Source: a virus. From it: a DNA stretch of 64,000 bases. Under the pieces are notes generated by a model. It was given only the letters and a program-made list of their open reading frames with translations. It made no database searches and was not told the DNA's origin. The stretch is from the IMG/VR virus record IMGVR_UViG_3300046170_000470; one strand, 5' to 3'. A program made the translations under genes and the position numbers. Below, one piece after another: positions 39,671-49,638 of the stretch. How positions within the stretch are numbered: the stretch's first letter is position 1; every line of letters starts with the position of its first letter.

Positions 39671-40242
39671 AAAATTTATTTAAAAATTTGTTTATTATTT
39701 TAGGTTTATCCTTATTGATGGCTTTTACTAACTATACTCGTCCTAAAAAGTCACCTATTAATACTATATTAAGTGCCCCTGTAGTAAAGATAGATACAAA
39801 AATTAAACTAGAAGAAATTAAAATAAAAGGCCATACGGCCTTTTTAACTGCTCTAGGTCATAGAGAATCAGGCAATAGATATCATGTAGTTAACCGTTTT
39901 GGTTATATGGGTAAATATCAATTTGGTAAATCAACATTAAAAACATTAAAGATTAAAGTCACCAAAGAAGAGTTTTTAAATAATCCTAATTTGCAGGAAG
40001 AAGCAATGAGAAAATTACTTATATATAATAAAAAACGTCTTAAAAAATATATAGATAAGTTTGATGGGCAAGTAATAAATGGTATATTAATCACCGAATC
40101 AGGATTATTAGCTGCGGCACACTTAGGGGGTGCTGGTAGTGTTAAAAAATGGTTCAGAACTGGAAAAATAAAACAAGATGGTAATGGTGTAAAAATAACT
40201 CAATACATGGAGCAATTTTCTGGTTATATCTTATATTTATAA
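39667..40242 (+). CDS. Lysozyme-like peptidoglycan hydrolase with N-terminal signal/anchor
   Basis: RESGNRY..VNRFGYMGKYQFG, LAAAHLGGAG. Confidence 0.75.
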   Translation: MKNLFKNLFIILGLSLLMAFTNYTRPKKSPINTILSAPVVKIDTKIKLEEIKIKGHTAFLTALGHRESGNRYHVVNRFGYMGKYQFGKSTLKTLKIKVTKEEFLNNPNLQEEAMRKLLIYNKKRLKKYIDKFDGQVINGILITESGLLAAAHLGGAGSVKKWFRTGKIKQDGNGVKITQYMEQFSGYILYL

Positions 40243-40253
40243 TCAAAAAGATT

Positions 40254-40388
40254 ATGGCAAGAGTAGTTGTAGGTGATTATAAACCGAATAAAAGAAAAAA
40301 ACGACCTGGGATACACGCAAAAAGCAAATCCAGTAAAATGAAACAAAGTAAAAACTATGTTAAACAGTACAAGGGACAAGGGAAATAG
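40254..40388 (+). CDS. 44-aa highly basic peptide ending YKGQGK (not in ORF track)
   Basis: MARVVVGDYKPNKRKKRPGIHAKSKSSKMKQSKNYVKQYKGQGK, after ATATTTATAA. Confidence 0.65.
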   Translation: MARVVVGDYKPNKRKKRPGIHAKSKSSKMKQSKNYVKQYKGQGK

Positions 40389-40389
40389 A

Positions 40390-40542
40390 ATGAATGTAAC
40401 AGTAACAAGCTTATTTAATCATATGACCGATGCTGATTTTTTGGCATTACATGAAGCGGGTGAGCTAAAAAATTTCTGTTGGGCTTTATCTGTAGATCTA
40501 CAATCTAAAAAAAATGAAAAAGATTATACTTACTCAGCATGA
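40390..40542 (+). CDS. Hypothetical protein
   Basis: ATG right after the preceding stop. Confidence 0.5.
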   Translation: MNVTVTSLFNHMTDADFLALHEAGELKNFCWALSVDLQSKKNEKDYTYSA

Positions 40543-40621
40543 ATGGTATGATGCCATGAAACTTCCTACACCTCACAGAAATAGGAAGAAATATAGACGC
40601 AAAGAAAAGCATAAGAAAAAT

Positions 40622-40663
40622 GGGAACCAATTTGGTTCCCATAATTATTTTTCATATATTTAC
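40622..40663 (+). promoter_or_regulatory. Host-type promoter with the -33 box inside a palindrome
   Basis: GGGAACCAA-T-TTGGTTCCC; TTTG-N20-TATATTTAC. Confidence 0.7.
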
Positions 40664-40680
40664 AGAGTAAAATTAAGGTT

Positions 40681-41121
40681 ATGGCTCTTTGGGAATTTAG
40701 AAATTTAAATAAATATGGTAATTACAGAAAACGAATTATCCATACTGAAGGTGCATTAAGTATACCTAGTAGTGGGTTTGGTCCCTCTGTATTAGCAAAT
40801 AGGTTTAAATACAAATATGAACATCCTGTTATGCCACCAATGATTTGGAAAAATAATGGCAAAACATATTTGATGCCATTATGGCAAGAAGTAGTTGATG
40901 GTACTACAGTTGATGATATAGAATGGGTTAAGCCAAAACCTAAGGTTAAGCAAGAACCTATTATTGAAACTCATACTAGTAGTAGCAATGCAGATAAAAC
41001 GTATAAAACAGTATATTACCCCGAATCAGGTAAGTTTTATTGTGATTGTCCAGGTAGATGGAGAGCGTTTGATAACCGTTGTAAACACATAAAAGCATTA
41101 GAATTAAAAATAAATAAATAG
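40681..41121 (+). CDS. SWIM Zn-finger protein
   Basis: YCDCPG...RCKHI. Confidence 0.75.
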   Translation: MALWEFRNLNKYGNYRKRIIHTEGALSIPSSGFGPSVLANRFKYKYEHPVMPPMIWKNNGKTYLMPLWQEVVDGTTVDDIEWVKPKPKVKQEPIIETHTSSSNADKTYKTVYYPESGKFYCDCPGRWRAFDNRCKHIKALELKINK

Positions 41122-41128
41122 AGGTTAT

Positions 41129-41539
41129 ATGGATAAATTAATTGTTAAATTTGAAGGTAAAGAAGAACCAACAGTATATAATATTGTTACTTTTCTTAAA
41201 AATAAATCAAAATCAAAAGAAGTATTATTTAGTAATGTTCAAGATTTGATTAGACACCCTTTAACTGAATGGCATGAAATAGTACATGCTGAAGTAACTC
41301 GTGGTGAAGGTGATGGTGAATCAAAACCATATGAATCCAAATATGAAAAAGAAAATATAGCATTACCTAAAGAAATGGCTAAAGAAATTGTTGAGGTAGC
41401 CACTTCACTTAAAGGTTGTACTATTGATTTTGTTAATAGATGTAATAAAGTATTAAATTTTGATTTACATAAAAAACTAAATAATAAATACGGATTTACA
41501 GGTGCTAAACGTTTATATAATATATTTAAATTAAATTAA
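41129..41539 (+). CDS. Hypothetical protein
   Basis: ORF in operon. Confidence 0.6.
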   Translation: MDKLIVKFEGKEEPTVYNIVTFLKNKSKSKEVLFSNVQDLIRHPLTEWHEIVHAEVTRGEGDGESKPYESKYEKENIALPKEMAKEIVEVATSLKGCTIDFVNRCNKVLNFDLHKKLNNKYGFTGAKRLYNIFKLN

Positions 41540-41541
41540 TT

Positions 41542-41925
41542 ATGGCTGAAAATAGAGGTAGACCAAGTGAAAATGTAGTTAAACTTACAAAATGGAATCT
41601 AGATACAGATGATTCTATATGGAAATATGATATGGATAAGTCAACCAATGGTCCTTATTCAGTAGAACAAAAATTTCAAGCTGGAAATAAACCAAAGAAG
41701 CTTAAAATTGACCAAAAATCCTATGGTAAACATCCTGTAGTGATGGTATTTAAAACATCAAATCGTTCTAATGCTAAAACCAAAATTAAAGTATTTAATA
41801 AAAATATAGATTATATTTTAAGTGCTAAAAAATTACCTGGTGTACCTGAGAAGGCAGAAATAATTGATTTAGCTGTTGGTAAATCATTTATATCTAAATA
41901 TAAACAAAAATATAATTTAGCTTAA
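41542..41925 (+). CDS. Hypothetical protein (N-terminal RGRP)
   Basis: ORF in operon. Confidence 0.6.
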   Translation: MAENRGRPSENVVKLTKWNLDTDDSIWKYDMDKSTNGPYSVEQKFQAGNKPKKLKIDQKSYGKHPVVMVFKTSNRSNAKTKIKVFNKNIDYILSAKKLPGVPEKAEIIDLAVGKSFISKYKQKYNLA

Positions 41926-41968
41926 TCTTTATATATTTATAACAAAATATTAATCAATTAATTATCAA

Positions 41969-42250
41969 ATGAAAACAATTTTAGTTATTTTAGTTTTATT
42001 AGTAGCAGCAGCTGCAGTATATTATTTCGGGTTTTATAAAAAAGGAAAAATTAATGATCGTGATGGCGATTTTATTCCTGATGAAGTAGAAGATGCAGTT
42101 GAAGATGTAAAAGAAGTTGCTAAAGAAGTAAAACGCAGAGCCAAAAACGTTAAAAAAGAACTTAAAGACGTAGTAGAACAATCTAAAGATGTAGTTGATG
42201 CTGCAAAGGGGAAAAAACGTAGAGGTAGAAAACCAAAATCTAAAAAATAA
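41969..42250 (+). CDS. Membrane-anchored protein with DxDGD loop and basic tail
   Basis: TM, DRDGDFIPD, KKRRGRKPK. Confidence 0.65.
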   Translation: MKTILVILVLLVAAAAVYYFGFYKKGKINDRDGDFIPDEVEDAVEDVKEVAKEVKRRAKNVKKELKDVVEQSKDVVDAAKGKKRRGRKPKSKK

Positions 42251-43287
42251 TGAGCAAATATAATTTAATAGACATTTACGAGCAATACCAAATCGGTTCA
42301 GGTTGGACCACAGATTTTGATTATGATGGAATGTTAATGGCTGGGCTAAAAGCAGGAGTTGATACTGATATTGAAATCCTAAAGAAAATGTCTGATGATT
42401 TTGAAGATGTTAACTATCATAGAGAAAATAACCACTTACAAAATGCTATTGAGGCGTTAGAAGATGGTGCTACTAAAGAAGCAGCTATGTTTTTTGGAGA
42501 TTTTCATGCTGAAATTAAACAAACTATTAAAGACCAAGGTATGGATATTGAACCAACAGTAGGTAAATTTATGGCTTCTAAAATGGAAGAGGGTGAAGAA
42601 GTAACTGAAACTGAAGAAGTGGAAGAAGTATCTTCACGTGAAGGTTCTCGTATTGAAGGTTTACTTAGTATTCCTTTAAAAGCTAAATTCTTAGAAGCAT
42701 TTCAAGATTTATATTTTGATTTAGTTGAAGAAGATCCATTCATGGCTGAAGATGTAGTTGATCATTTAGGTATTGAAATGTTAAAACATTTAGATGCTAT
42801 CCAAGCTCAAGGTGATAAATTAGCTGGTGTAAATACAGATGCTGACTTTGAAAGAGAGCAAAGAATGCAAATGAGTATGAGAGAAGAAAAAATGTCTCTA
42901 GAAGATATAGTTAAGTCAACTAAAGTTGATGGCACTATGGAAGATTTAGAAAAAGCAGTAATGGTTAAAGCTAAAAAATCAGGTTTAGATGTTACGGATA
43001 AAGAAGTTGAAGATGCAGTTGAAAAACATGCTGATATGGCTTTGGGCTTAATGGAAGAGATAGGTCCTACTGGAATTGCAGTGTCACAAAAACAACTTGA
43101 TGATCTTGAAAAACTTGGAGCTATTTCTGGGTTAGAAGTAACTGTTCAAGACAAAGATGGATCAAATGTACGAAAAGTAGATTATACCTTAACTAATACA
43201 GACTTTAAAAAAGGTGATGATGATTATGATTATCTAGAAGAAGGTCTAAAAGAACACTTCGGTCGTTTCATGAAAGATTATCAATAA
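42250..43287 (+). CDS. Acidic hypothetical protein, possibly virion-associated
   Basis: Long acidic ORF downstream of the putative late promoter. Confidence 0.6.
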   Translation: MSKYNLIDIYEQYQIGSGWTTDFDYDGMLMAGLKAGVDTDIEILKKMSDDFEDVNYHRENNHLQNAIEALEDGATKEAAMFFGDFHAEIKQTIKDQGMDIEPTVGKFMASKMEEGEEVTETEEVEEVSSREGSRIEGLLSIPLKAKFLEAFQDLYFDLVEEDPFMAEDVVDHLGIEMLKHLDAIQAQGDKLAGVNTDADFEREQRMQMSMREEKMSLEDIVKSTKVDGTMEDLEKAVMVKAKKSGLDVTDKEVEDAVEKHADMALGLMEEIGPTGIAVSQKQLDDLEKLGAISGLEVTVQDKDGSNVRKVDYTLTNTDFKKGDDDYDYLEEGLKEHFGRFMKDYQ

Positions 43288-43311
43288 AATAATTTAAAAT
43301 AGATTAAAGAT

Positions 43312-43346
43312 AATGCGGTATCCATTTGGTTACCGCATTTTTTTTT
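43312..43346 (+). terminator. Intrinsic terminator overlapping a promoter -33 box
   Basis: AATGCGGTA-tccatttggt-TACCGCATT followed by a T-run. Confidence 0.8.
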
Positions 43347-43397
43347 CGTATATTTACCATGTTGATAATTAAGTCAACGCATTAAATAAAGGTTATG
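43325..43397 (+). promoter_or_regulatory. Promoter plus 5' stem-loop plus AAAGGTTATG cassette
   Basis: TTTG-N20-TATATTTAC; GTTGAT-AATTAA-GTCAAC. Confidence 0.75.
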
Positions 43398-43541
43398 AAC
43401 GAACAATTTATTAAAGCAATTACAATTGCAATTGACAAAAAAATGATTACTGCCGACCAAGGGTTTGAGATCATTAGAGAGCAAAGTACTGAGCGTACTA
43501 GTGTTATTAACGAAACTATAGGTTTCAACCAAAAAAGATAG
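43395..43541 (+). CDS. 48-aa early peptide (not in ORF track)
   Basis: AAAGGTTATG start. Confidence 0.6.
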   Translation: MNEQFIKAITIAIDKKMITADQGFEIIREQSTERTSVINETIGFNQKR

Positions 43542-43543
43542 TT

Positions 43544-43831
43544 ATGAAAACATTTGACGATTTAAAATTTACAAAACATAAAGTTACTAAAAAAGCTATT
43601 ATGGCATCACTTGAACTTAAACCTAATGTGTTTATATCAGTAGTTGCAGGTGAAGGAATGTACAGTACATCTAGAAAAGGTGTTAGAGCCGAATGTACTA
43701 AAGTTGAAGATGCTTCTTCATTTGAAGTTGCCATCATAGATGAAAATTTACCTGATGATGAGCAGCAATGGGATGTTAATGGTTGGCAAACGAGAGAAGA
43801 TATTAATAAATTAATAATTGAGAACTCATGA
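43544..43831 (+). CDS. Hypothetical protein
   Basis: ISVVAGEGMYS..FEVAI..DVNGWQT. Confidence 0.65.
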   Translation: MKTFDDLKFTKHKVTKKAIMASLELKPNVFISVVAGEGMYSTSRKGVRAECTKVEDASSFEVAIIDENLPDDEQQWDVNGWQTREDINKLIIENS

Positions 43832-44064
43832 GTAAAGATAAAAGATATGTAGTGACAATGGATATGTATGTTTATGCTGATAGTGATTATATGGCTAAGA
43901 AACGAGCACATGATTTAAAATTATCAATTGAGAATAGACGCCATTCAGATCAGGTTACAGTAACTGAAATTGGTGAGCAACCGTTTGCTTCTATGGAATA
44001 TAGAAAATTAGATGATCTTACATTTATGTCTAAAGATTTGTCTAACAAACCGTTACCATTTTAA
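43828..44064 (+). CDS. Hypothetical protein
   Basis: Coupled ORF. Confidence 0.6.
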   Translation: MSKDKRYVVTMDMYVYADSDYMAKKRAHDLKLSIENRRHSDQVTVTEIGEQPFASMEYRKLDDLTFMSKDLSNKPLPF

Positions 44065-44199
44065 TATGATAAAACAAGGAGATAAAATATTAGTATACGA
44101 AGATAAAATTAAAGTAGTATTTGGCATTCATACAAATGGAAACCCATTAATTAAAAATGGAGATACATTATGTCAAGTACCCTTAGATAAATGTAGAAA

Positions 44200-44574
44200 A
44201 TGGTAGCAGACCAAATTTTAAAAATAGCAAATAGGGTATACCCTAAAATTAGGGAATATTATGGTTTAGGTAAAAAAGAATACCCACAAATCGAAGTACA
44301 TAAAAATATTCTAGTTAGATTAAGTGGTGAGCCTGAGGCTGAAGGTGAACCCGCCGATGCTGAATTTGATCGTAAAGAAAATAAATTATTTATCTATTCA
44401 GATTACAATAATAGCGTTGAAGATATAATCAGAGGGATTATTCATGAATATGTTCATTATTTACAATCTGGTTCTTGGATGAAAAGGTATTACAATATGG
44501 GTTACAAATATGGTAATCATCCTTATGAAATATCAGCTAAAAAAGCAGAAGAAAATTGGAAGATGTTTGCATAA
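44200..44574 (+). CDS. Zincin-like metallopeptidase domain protein
   Basis: IIHEYVHYLQ...HPYEISA. Confidence 0.7.
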   Translation: MVADQILKIANRVYPKIREYYGLGKKEYPQIEVHKNILVRLSGEPEAEGEPADAEFDRKENKLFIYSDYNNSVEDIIRGIIHEYVHYLQSGSWMKRYYNMGYKYGNHPYEISAKKAEENWKMFA

Positions 44575-44577
44575 AAA

Positions 44578-44655
44578 TTTGGCTACCCGGGCTAGGGTTC
44601 GTATATTTACCACGTTGATGCAGTTAAGTATCACATTAAAACAATAAAGGTTATG
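44578..44655 (+). promoter_or_regulatory. Promoter plus 5' stem-loop plus AAAGGTTATG cassette
   Basis: TTTG-N20-TATATTTAC; TGATGC-AGTTAA-GTATCA. Confidence 0.75.
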
Positions 44656-45399
44656 AATGCACAGTTAGATTTATTTAAAGGTTTAGTTTTGACAACAGAA
44701 CAACAAGAACAAATTGATAGTTTTATCAAACGCCAAACTTTAAATGCTGGTGAAGCAGATAGGAATGTTGGTAGAATTATGATGATGCTTGATGAAGCAG
44801 GATTTGTTCAAGGTGTTGATTATGATAGTAATTTTGAGGTTTACGAAGTTACTAAAGAAAGAGAATTTGGTTATTCTTATAATAATACTAATTTTGAATA
44901 TGAAGTTACTTATATGAATGCTGTAGGTGGTGTTTATCTAATTGTTGATACTATTAAAGAAGGTAAGATAGTAAAATATAATACTCCCGTTAGTAGAGAA
45001 GGTAATAAATTAATGTGTACTAGTATTACTGAGCAGTACAGATATTATAAGCCAAGTACATTACTTACTAAACTTAAAGAAAGTAGAAAAGCTAAAATAC
45101 AAGAACTTAGTAGACAAAATAAAGAGCAAGTATGTTTAGATTATACAGTTGCTAAATACCAGAAATTATATCCTGAAGCTACAGTTAAAGTAGGTTCTGA
45201 TTATTATAAAGGATATAACGGACGTAGTTACGATCAATTTAAAATAGTAGTAATTAAATTCAAATCAGGTAGTAGTGTTACTTTTAAATTGGGTTATGAT
45301 TATGATCTTGATTCAGAAAGATTACATAAGAGATATGATGCTCAAGAAGAAACTGTTGAGCAATCATTAGAAAGATTTAACAATCAAAAAGCTAAATAA
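44653..45399 (+). CDS. Hypothetical early protein
   Basis: Long ORF; N-terminal QLDLF. Confidence 0.7.
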   Translation: MNAQLDLFKGLVLTTEQQEQIDSFIKRQTLNAGEADRNVGRIMMMLDEAGFVQGVDYDSNFEVYEVTKEREFGYSYNNTNFEYEVTYMNAVGGVYLIVDTIKEGKIVKYNTPVSREGNKLMCTSITEQYRYYKPSTLLTKLKESRKAKIQELSRQNKEQVCLDYTVAKYQKLYPEATVKVGSDYYKGYNGRSYDQFKIVVIKFKSGSSVTFKLGYDYDLDSERLHKRYDAQEETVEQSLERFNNQKAK

Positions 45400-45582
45400 T
45401 ATGGCATTAGAAAATAAACCATTTAAAGTTACAGTAGAACATTGGGATGAAAAAATCACAGTAGAGAAAGATCATAGTGATGTTACATGGGATGAATTTG
45501 TAGAGATGTTAAGAACTGTATCTAGAGGAGTAGGATATAGTCAAGAAGGTATAGATGAATTATTTGGATCTTAATAAATAAT

Positions 45583-45891
45583 ATGAAAAATAAATTATTA
45601 AAAATTAAAAAGTATTATGATGTTGAATTCACTGAGGATTGGAAACAAGGTCTTGATTGGTATATCTACAGTGAAACTACAGCAGATGGGTATGAAGTAT
45701 ATGTTTCACATGATAGTAAATCCCCAATGTGTATAAATGATAATGTATTTTATTACGATAATGATTTATCAGATGAATTAGGATATAAAGTAATTGATGA
45801 TGATATATTCCAAATATACGTTGATGATATGGATTCATATTGGTTTGAAGATGCAATAAATGATTTAATTAACGCAAAAGAGGATGAATAA
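45583..45891 (+). CDS. Hypothetical acidic protein
   Basis: ORF. Confidence 0.6.
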   Translation: MKNKLLKIKKYYDVEFTEDWKQGLDWYIYSETTADGYEVYVSHDSKSPMCINDNVFYYDNDLSDELGYKVIDDDIFQIYVDDMDSYWFEDAINDLINAKEDE

Positions 45892-46150
45892 GGCAGATAC
45901 ATTTCAACTCCCAGATTGGTTTAATGGTGAAGTTTATGATGAAGGTGAGACCGTTACTAACCCATTTAGTGGTGAGGAGTATACATTAAATAATATTGAG
46001 CTATCAATGTATGATTTTATAGTAGGTAGCCAATATGTAATGGAAATATCTTCTAAATTTATGAATGAAAAAAGTATAAGTGAGTTTAATAAGGCATTAA
46101 AGTGGTTTAGAGAGACTAACCCAGAAGCATATAAAATTTTATTAGATTAA
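45884..46150 (+). CDS. Hypothetical protein
   Basis: NPFSGE..LSMYDFI..WFR..NPEAY.ILLD. Confidence 0.65.
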   Translation: MNKADTFQLPDWFNGEVYDEGETVTNPFSGEEYTLNNIELSMYDFIVGSQYVMEISSKFMNEKSISEFNKALKWFRETNPEAYKILLD

Positions 46151-46152
46151 TT

Positions 46153-46743
46153 ATGAGTAAAAAAATATATAAAGAGTTAGGCAAACCTATAATTGATTTT
46201 ACTCTAAATAAAAATAATTGGGAGTATTTTGATCACCCAAACCATGAAAAGGGGTTCGTTTTAGGTATAATTAACTTAAATATTATTAATGAAAAACTAA
46301 ACAAAGCAGGTTTTCCATATTCCAGTTTATTTGAACTTGAAAAACAAATAGTTAGTAATTATGGGTTAGATGTTAATAAAATACAAAAATGTACTATGTT
46401 GGGTATATTTTTATCATACTCAGAAGAAGGCCATATAGTACATGAACATAAAGATAGACCTTTAGTATGGTATCCAAAAATAGATGGGTACTATGATTAT
46501 GATAATCCTAATAAAAAGGATATTGAAAGCATTAGATTTAATATTTTACTTCAAAAACCAAAAAACGGGGGTGACCCCATTATTAATAAAGAAAAAATAG
46601 ATGTTGATGAGTTTGAAACTTGGGTTTGTCCCGCGAGTAAATATTACCATACAACCACTGAAGTTAAAGGAGATATACCTAGAATAGTAGTTAGTTTTGG
46701 GTATTATTTAAATAGTAAAGAAAGAAATAAAATCAAAATATGA
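46153..46743 (+). CDS. 2OG-Fe(II) oxygenase
   Basis: VHEHKD, GGDP, YYHTT, RIVVSFG. Confidence 0.75.
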   Translation: MSKKIYKELGKPIIDFTLNKNNWEYFDHPNHEKGFVLGIINLNIINEKLNKAGFPYSSLFELEKQIVSNYGLDVNKIQKCTMLGIFLSYSEEGHIVHEHKDRPLVWYPKIDGYYDYDNPNKKDIESIRFNILLQKPKNGGDPIINKEKIDVDEFETWVCPASKYYHTTTEVKGDIPRIVVSFGYYLNSKERNKIKI

Positions 46744-46967
46744 AAGTAAAAAAACAAGTTTTACATTATTGCTTGGATCAAGCAAAAAGTTTTTATAAAT
46801 TGGGTGAACGTGATAAGGCAAGAGATTATTGTGATATGGGAATTGGTTACGTAGCAGCCAAAAAAGAAGATGGTTGGGACGGAGAAGACCTAATTGAAGA
46901 TGTTAAAATTAACTTATGGTTAGAACGTTTTTGGATGTTTTTAGAAAATAAAAATTTAATGTTGTGA
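46740..46967 (+). CDS. Hypothetical protein
   Basis: Coupled ORF. Confidence 0.55.
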   Translation: MKVKKQVLHYCLDQAKSFYKLGERDKARDYCDMGIGYVAAKKEDGWDGEDLIEDVKINLWLERFWMFLENKNLML

Positions 46968-47118
46968 GTAGGATAGAAGAATTAGTATATAGTGCCCATG
47001 AACATGGTAAACGAACTGACTTATTTGATAAGGTTACTAGAATTAAAACCCAAAACCCAAATATGAAGTTAGAGGATGTTTATGATAGAGCATACCAACA
47101 AGTAATGAATACATAAAT

Positions 47119-47496
47119 ATGAAGTTTGCATTAATAGCACATGATAACAAGAAAGCAGATATGGTTGCTTTTGTATCAAAAAGATTAGATTTTTTTAATA
47201 AAAAGGATGTACAAATTGTTACTACTGGAACCACAGGTAAAAAAGTTAAACATGCAGGGATAAAGAATGTTGAAACTGTTAACTCTGGACCAATTGGGGG
47301 TGATGCCGAGATAGCTGCTATGGTAGTAAGAGGAGAAATAACCGCAGTACTTTTTATGAGGGATCCGTTAGATAAGCATCCACATGATGTTGATATTAAT
47401 ATGTTAATGAGACTTTGTGATGTTCATGATATCCCTCTTGCTACTAACTATAAAACTGCTAGTATTTTAATTAAGTGGTATAAAAAAATATTTTAA
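47119..47496 (+). CDS. mgsA: Methylglyoxal synthase
   Basis: ALIAHDNKK, TGTTG, SGPIGGDAEI, RDPL..HPHDVDI, RLCDV, PLATN. Confidence 0.95.
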   Translation: MKFALIAHDNKKADMVAFVSKRLDFFNKKDVQIVTTGTTGKKVKHAGIKNVETVNSGPIGGDAEIAAMVVRGEITAVLFMRDPLDKHPHDVDINMLMRLCDVHDIPLATNYKTASILIKWYKKIF

Positions 47497-47844
47497 ATGG
47501 ATTATAATAAATTATTATTAGGAGTATTTTGGTTTACGTTAGGCCATATAGCTGTATTTTTCCAACTTAATGGTCAATTTAAGTGGGTATGGTTTAAACA
47601 AAATGAATTTTTATTAGCTTGTTGTGGGTTAGTTATTTCTTTTTTTTATATTTGGGGCACAAAATATACAGTAGAAGGATTTAATGGATTATTATGGCCA
47701 ACTAGATTTGTAGGTTTTGCTATTGGGATATCTACTTATGCTGTTGGGGTTAGTTATTTCTTTAAAGAGGGAATTACAACCAAAACTTTAATTAGTTTGA
47801 TTTTATGTTTAACTCTAATTTCAGTTCAAGTTTTATGGAAATAA
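47497..47844 (+). CDS. Four-TM membrane protein (DMT/SMR-like)
   Basis: Four hydrophobic helices; FFKEGI. Confidence 0.6.
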   Translation: MDYNKLLLGVFWFTLGHIAVFFQLNGQFKWVWFKQNEFLLACCGLVISFFYIWGTKYTVEGFNGLLWPTRFVGFAIGISTYAVGVSYFFKEGITTKTLISLILCLTLISVQVLWK

Positions 47845-47885
47845 ACCGTACTATTAAATTATCTTTAAGTAATTAAAAAAATAAA

Positions 47886-49013
47886 ATGAAAAATAAATTT
47901 ACATTTCATGTTTTAGGATTACCTCACACTATAACCAACAAAGAATTTATTGCGTGCGCCTATACTCAAAAAGCATGGAAATTTTGTAAAATGATGGGTG
48001 AGAGGGGTCATACCATATACCATTACGGACATGAAGACAGTAATACCCCTTATGCTGAAAATATTACAGTTATTACAAATAAAGTATGGGAAAAAGTATA
48101 TGGCACTCATGATTATAAAAGTAAACTTTTTACATACAATGTTCAAGATGAAGCATATCAAACCTTTTATAAAAATGCTATAAAAGAAATAGGTAAAAGA
48201 AAACAAAAAAATGACTTTATACTCCCATTTTGGGGTTCAGGTGTTAGACCTATATGTGACGCTCACCCAGATCTTATAACAGTAGAACCTGGAATTGGAT
48301 ATGCAGCAGGACATTGGGCTAATTGGAAAGTATTTGAATCATATGCTATTTACCATGCTTATTGTAATTTAAACTCAGTGGGGGATTGTAACCAAAATAA
48401 CTATGATGTAGTAATACCTAATTATTTTGATTTAGAAGAGTTTGAATTCAATGATAAAAAAGAAGATTATTTTTTGTTTTTAGGTAGAGTATATGATGGT
48501 AAAGGAGTAAATATAGCTATTCAAGTCACAGAACATTTAGGATATAAATTAAAAATAGCAGGCCAAATAGATAGTAATGGTCCATATGCTAATAAAGATT
48601 TCCCGCCTCATGTTGAATTTGTAGGTTATGCTGATGTAGAAAAAAGAAAAACTTTAATGAAGAATGCTAAGGGTTCATTCCTAGCATCTCAATATTTAGA
48701 ACCTTTTGGTGGGGTTCAGATTGAAAATCTATTATGTGGTACACCAACAATAACTTCTGATTGGGGTGCTTTTACTGAAAATAATATTGAAGGTATAACA
48801 GGTTATAGATGTAGAACATTTGATGATTATCTCCAAGCTGCCATTAAAGTTAATGAAGGTAAAATTGATTATCATACTTGTAGAGAGTATGGAGAAAAAT
48901 TTTCATTGAAGAATATAGCTCCTAAATATGAAAAATATTTTCAAGATATTTTAAACGTGTATACTACTAATGGGTGGTATCATACTAATGTTAAATTAAA
49001 ATTAAATAAATAA
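47886..49013 (+). CDS. Glycosyltransferase GT4
   Basis: FLGRV..GKG, EPFGGVQIE..CGTP.I. Confidence 0.9.
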   Translation: MKNKFTFHVLGLPHTITNKEFIACAYTQKAWKFCKMMGERGHTIYHYGHEDSNTPYAENITVITNKVWEKVYGTHDYKSKLFTYNVQDEAYQTFYKNAIKEIGKRKQKNDFILPFWGSGVRPICDAHPDLITVEPGIGYAAGHWANWKVFESYAIYHAYCNLNSVGDCNQNNYDVVIPNYFDLEEFEFNDKKEDYFLFLGRVYDGKGVNIAIQVTEHLGYKLKIAGQIDSNGPYANKDFPPHVEFVGYADVEKRKTLMKNAKGSFLASQYLEPFGGVQIENLLCGTPTITSDWGAFTENNIEGITGYRCRTFDDYLQAAIKVNEGKIDYHTCREYGEKFSLKNIAPKYEKYFQDILNVYTTNGWYHTNVKLKLNK

Positions 49014-49183
49014 GTTATGAAGCAATTTTTTACAAACTGGTATCCGATCATTATAGCATTCATTTGTATGTGTTATTCAATTGGATTAGGACTAACTGGT
49101 AATACAGCTGAAGCACAATACTCAGCTCATTGGCCAGGTACAATTTTATTATTCGCAATAGCAATTAGACAAATACGAGGAAG

Positions 49184-49369
49184 ATGAGTATAGCAATGTT
49201 TATAGTAGGGTTTTTCATATTTGCGGTCTACGTAGGATTCTTAATATGGAATATATTTTATAATGCCCGTAAAAATAGAGAAGAAAATTATCCAAACTAC
49301 TATGCTAGGCATGGATACCCACATAAAAGAGTTAGTAGAATAAAGAACAAAAAAGAGGATGTAAAGTGA
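49184..49369 (+). CDS. Small membrane protein
   Basis: N-terminal TM. Confidence 0.55.
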   Translation: MSIAMFIVGFFIFAVYVGFLIWNIFYNARKNREENYPNYYARHGYPHKRVSRIKNKKEDVK

Positions 49370-49638
49370 GTTTTATTATAGGCTTCAGTTTTATTATTTT
49401 ATTATCTATATTTACAATTGTACTTTGGTTAATATCCAAACGCTTACCTCAAGAATTTATTTTATCTAGTATAGTTTTTATGATGGTAGGAGACGGAGTA
49501 TTAGTAGGGCTATGGTATTATGGATTATTAGATATAGTAGAATCAATTAAACAGTTTAGATTAGGAATAGCAGGAGCATTTTGTGTGAGTGCTATGGGCC
49601 GATCAATTTATTTTTTATTACAGAATGAAAAAGTGTAA
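49366..49638 (+). CDS. Three-TM membrane protein
   Basis: Hydrophobic ORF. Confidence 0.55.
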   Translation: MSFIIGFSFIILLSIFTIVLWLISKRLPQEFILSSIVFMMVGDGVLVGLWYYGLLDIVESIKQFRLGIAGAFCVSAMGRSIYFLLQNEKV

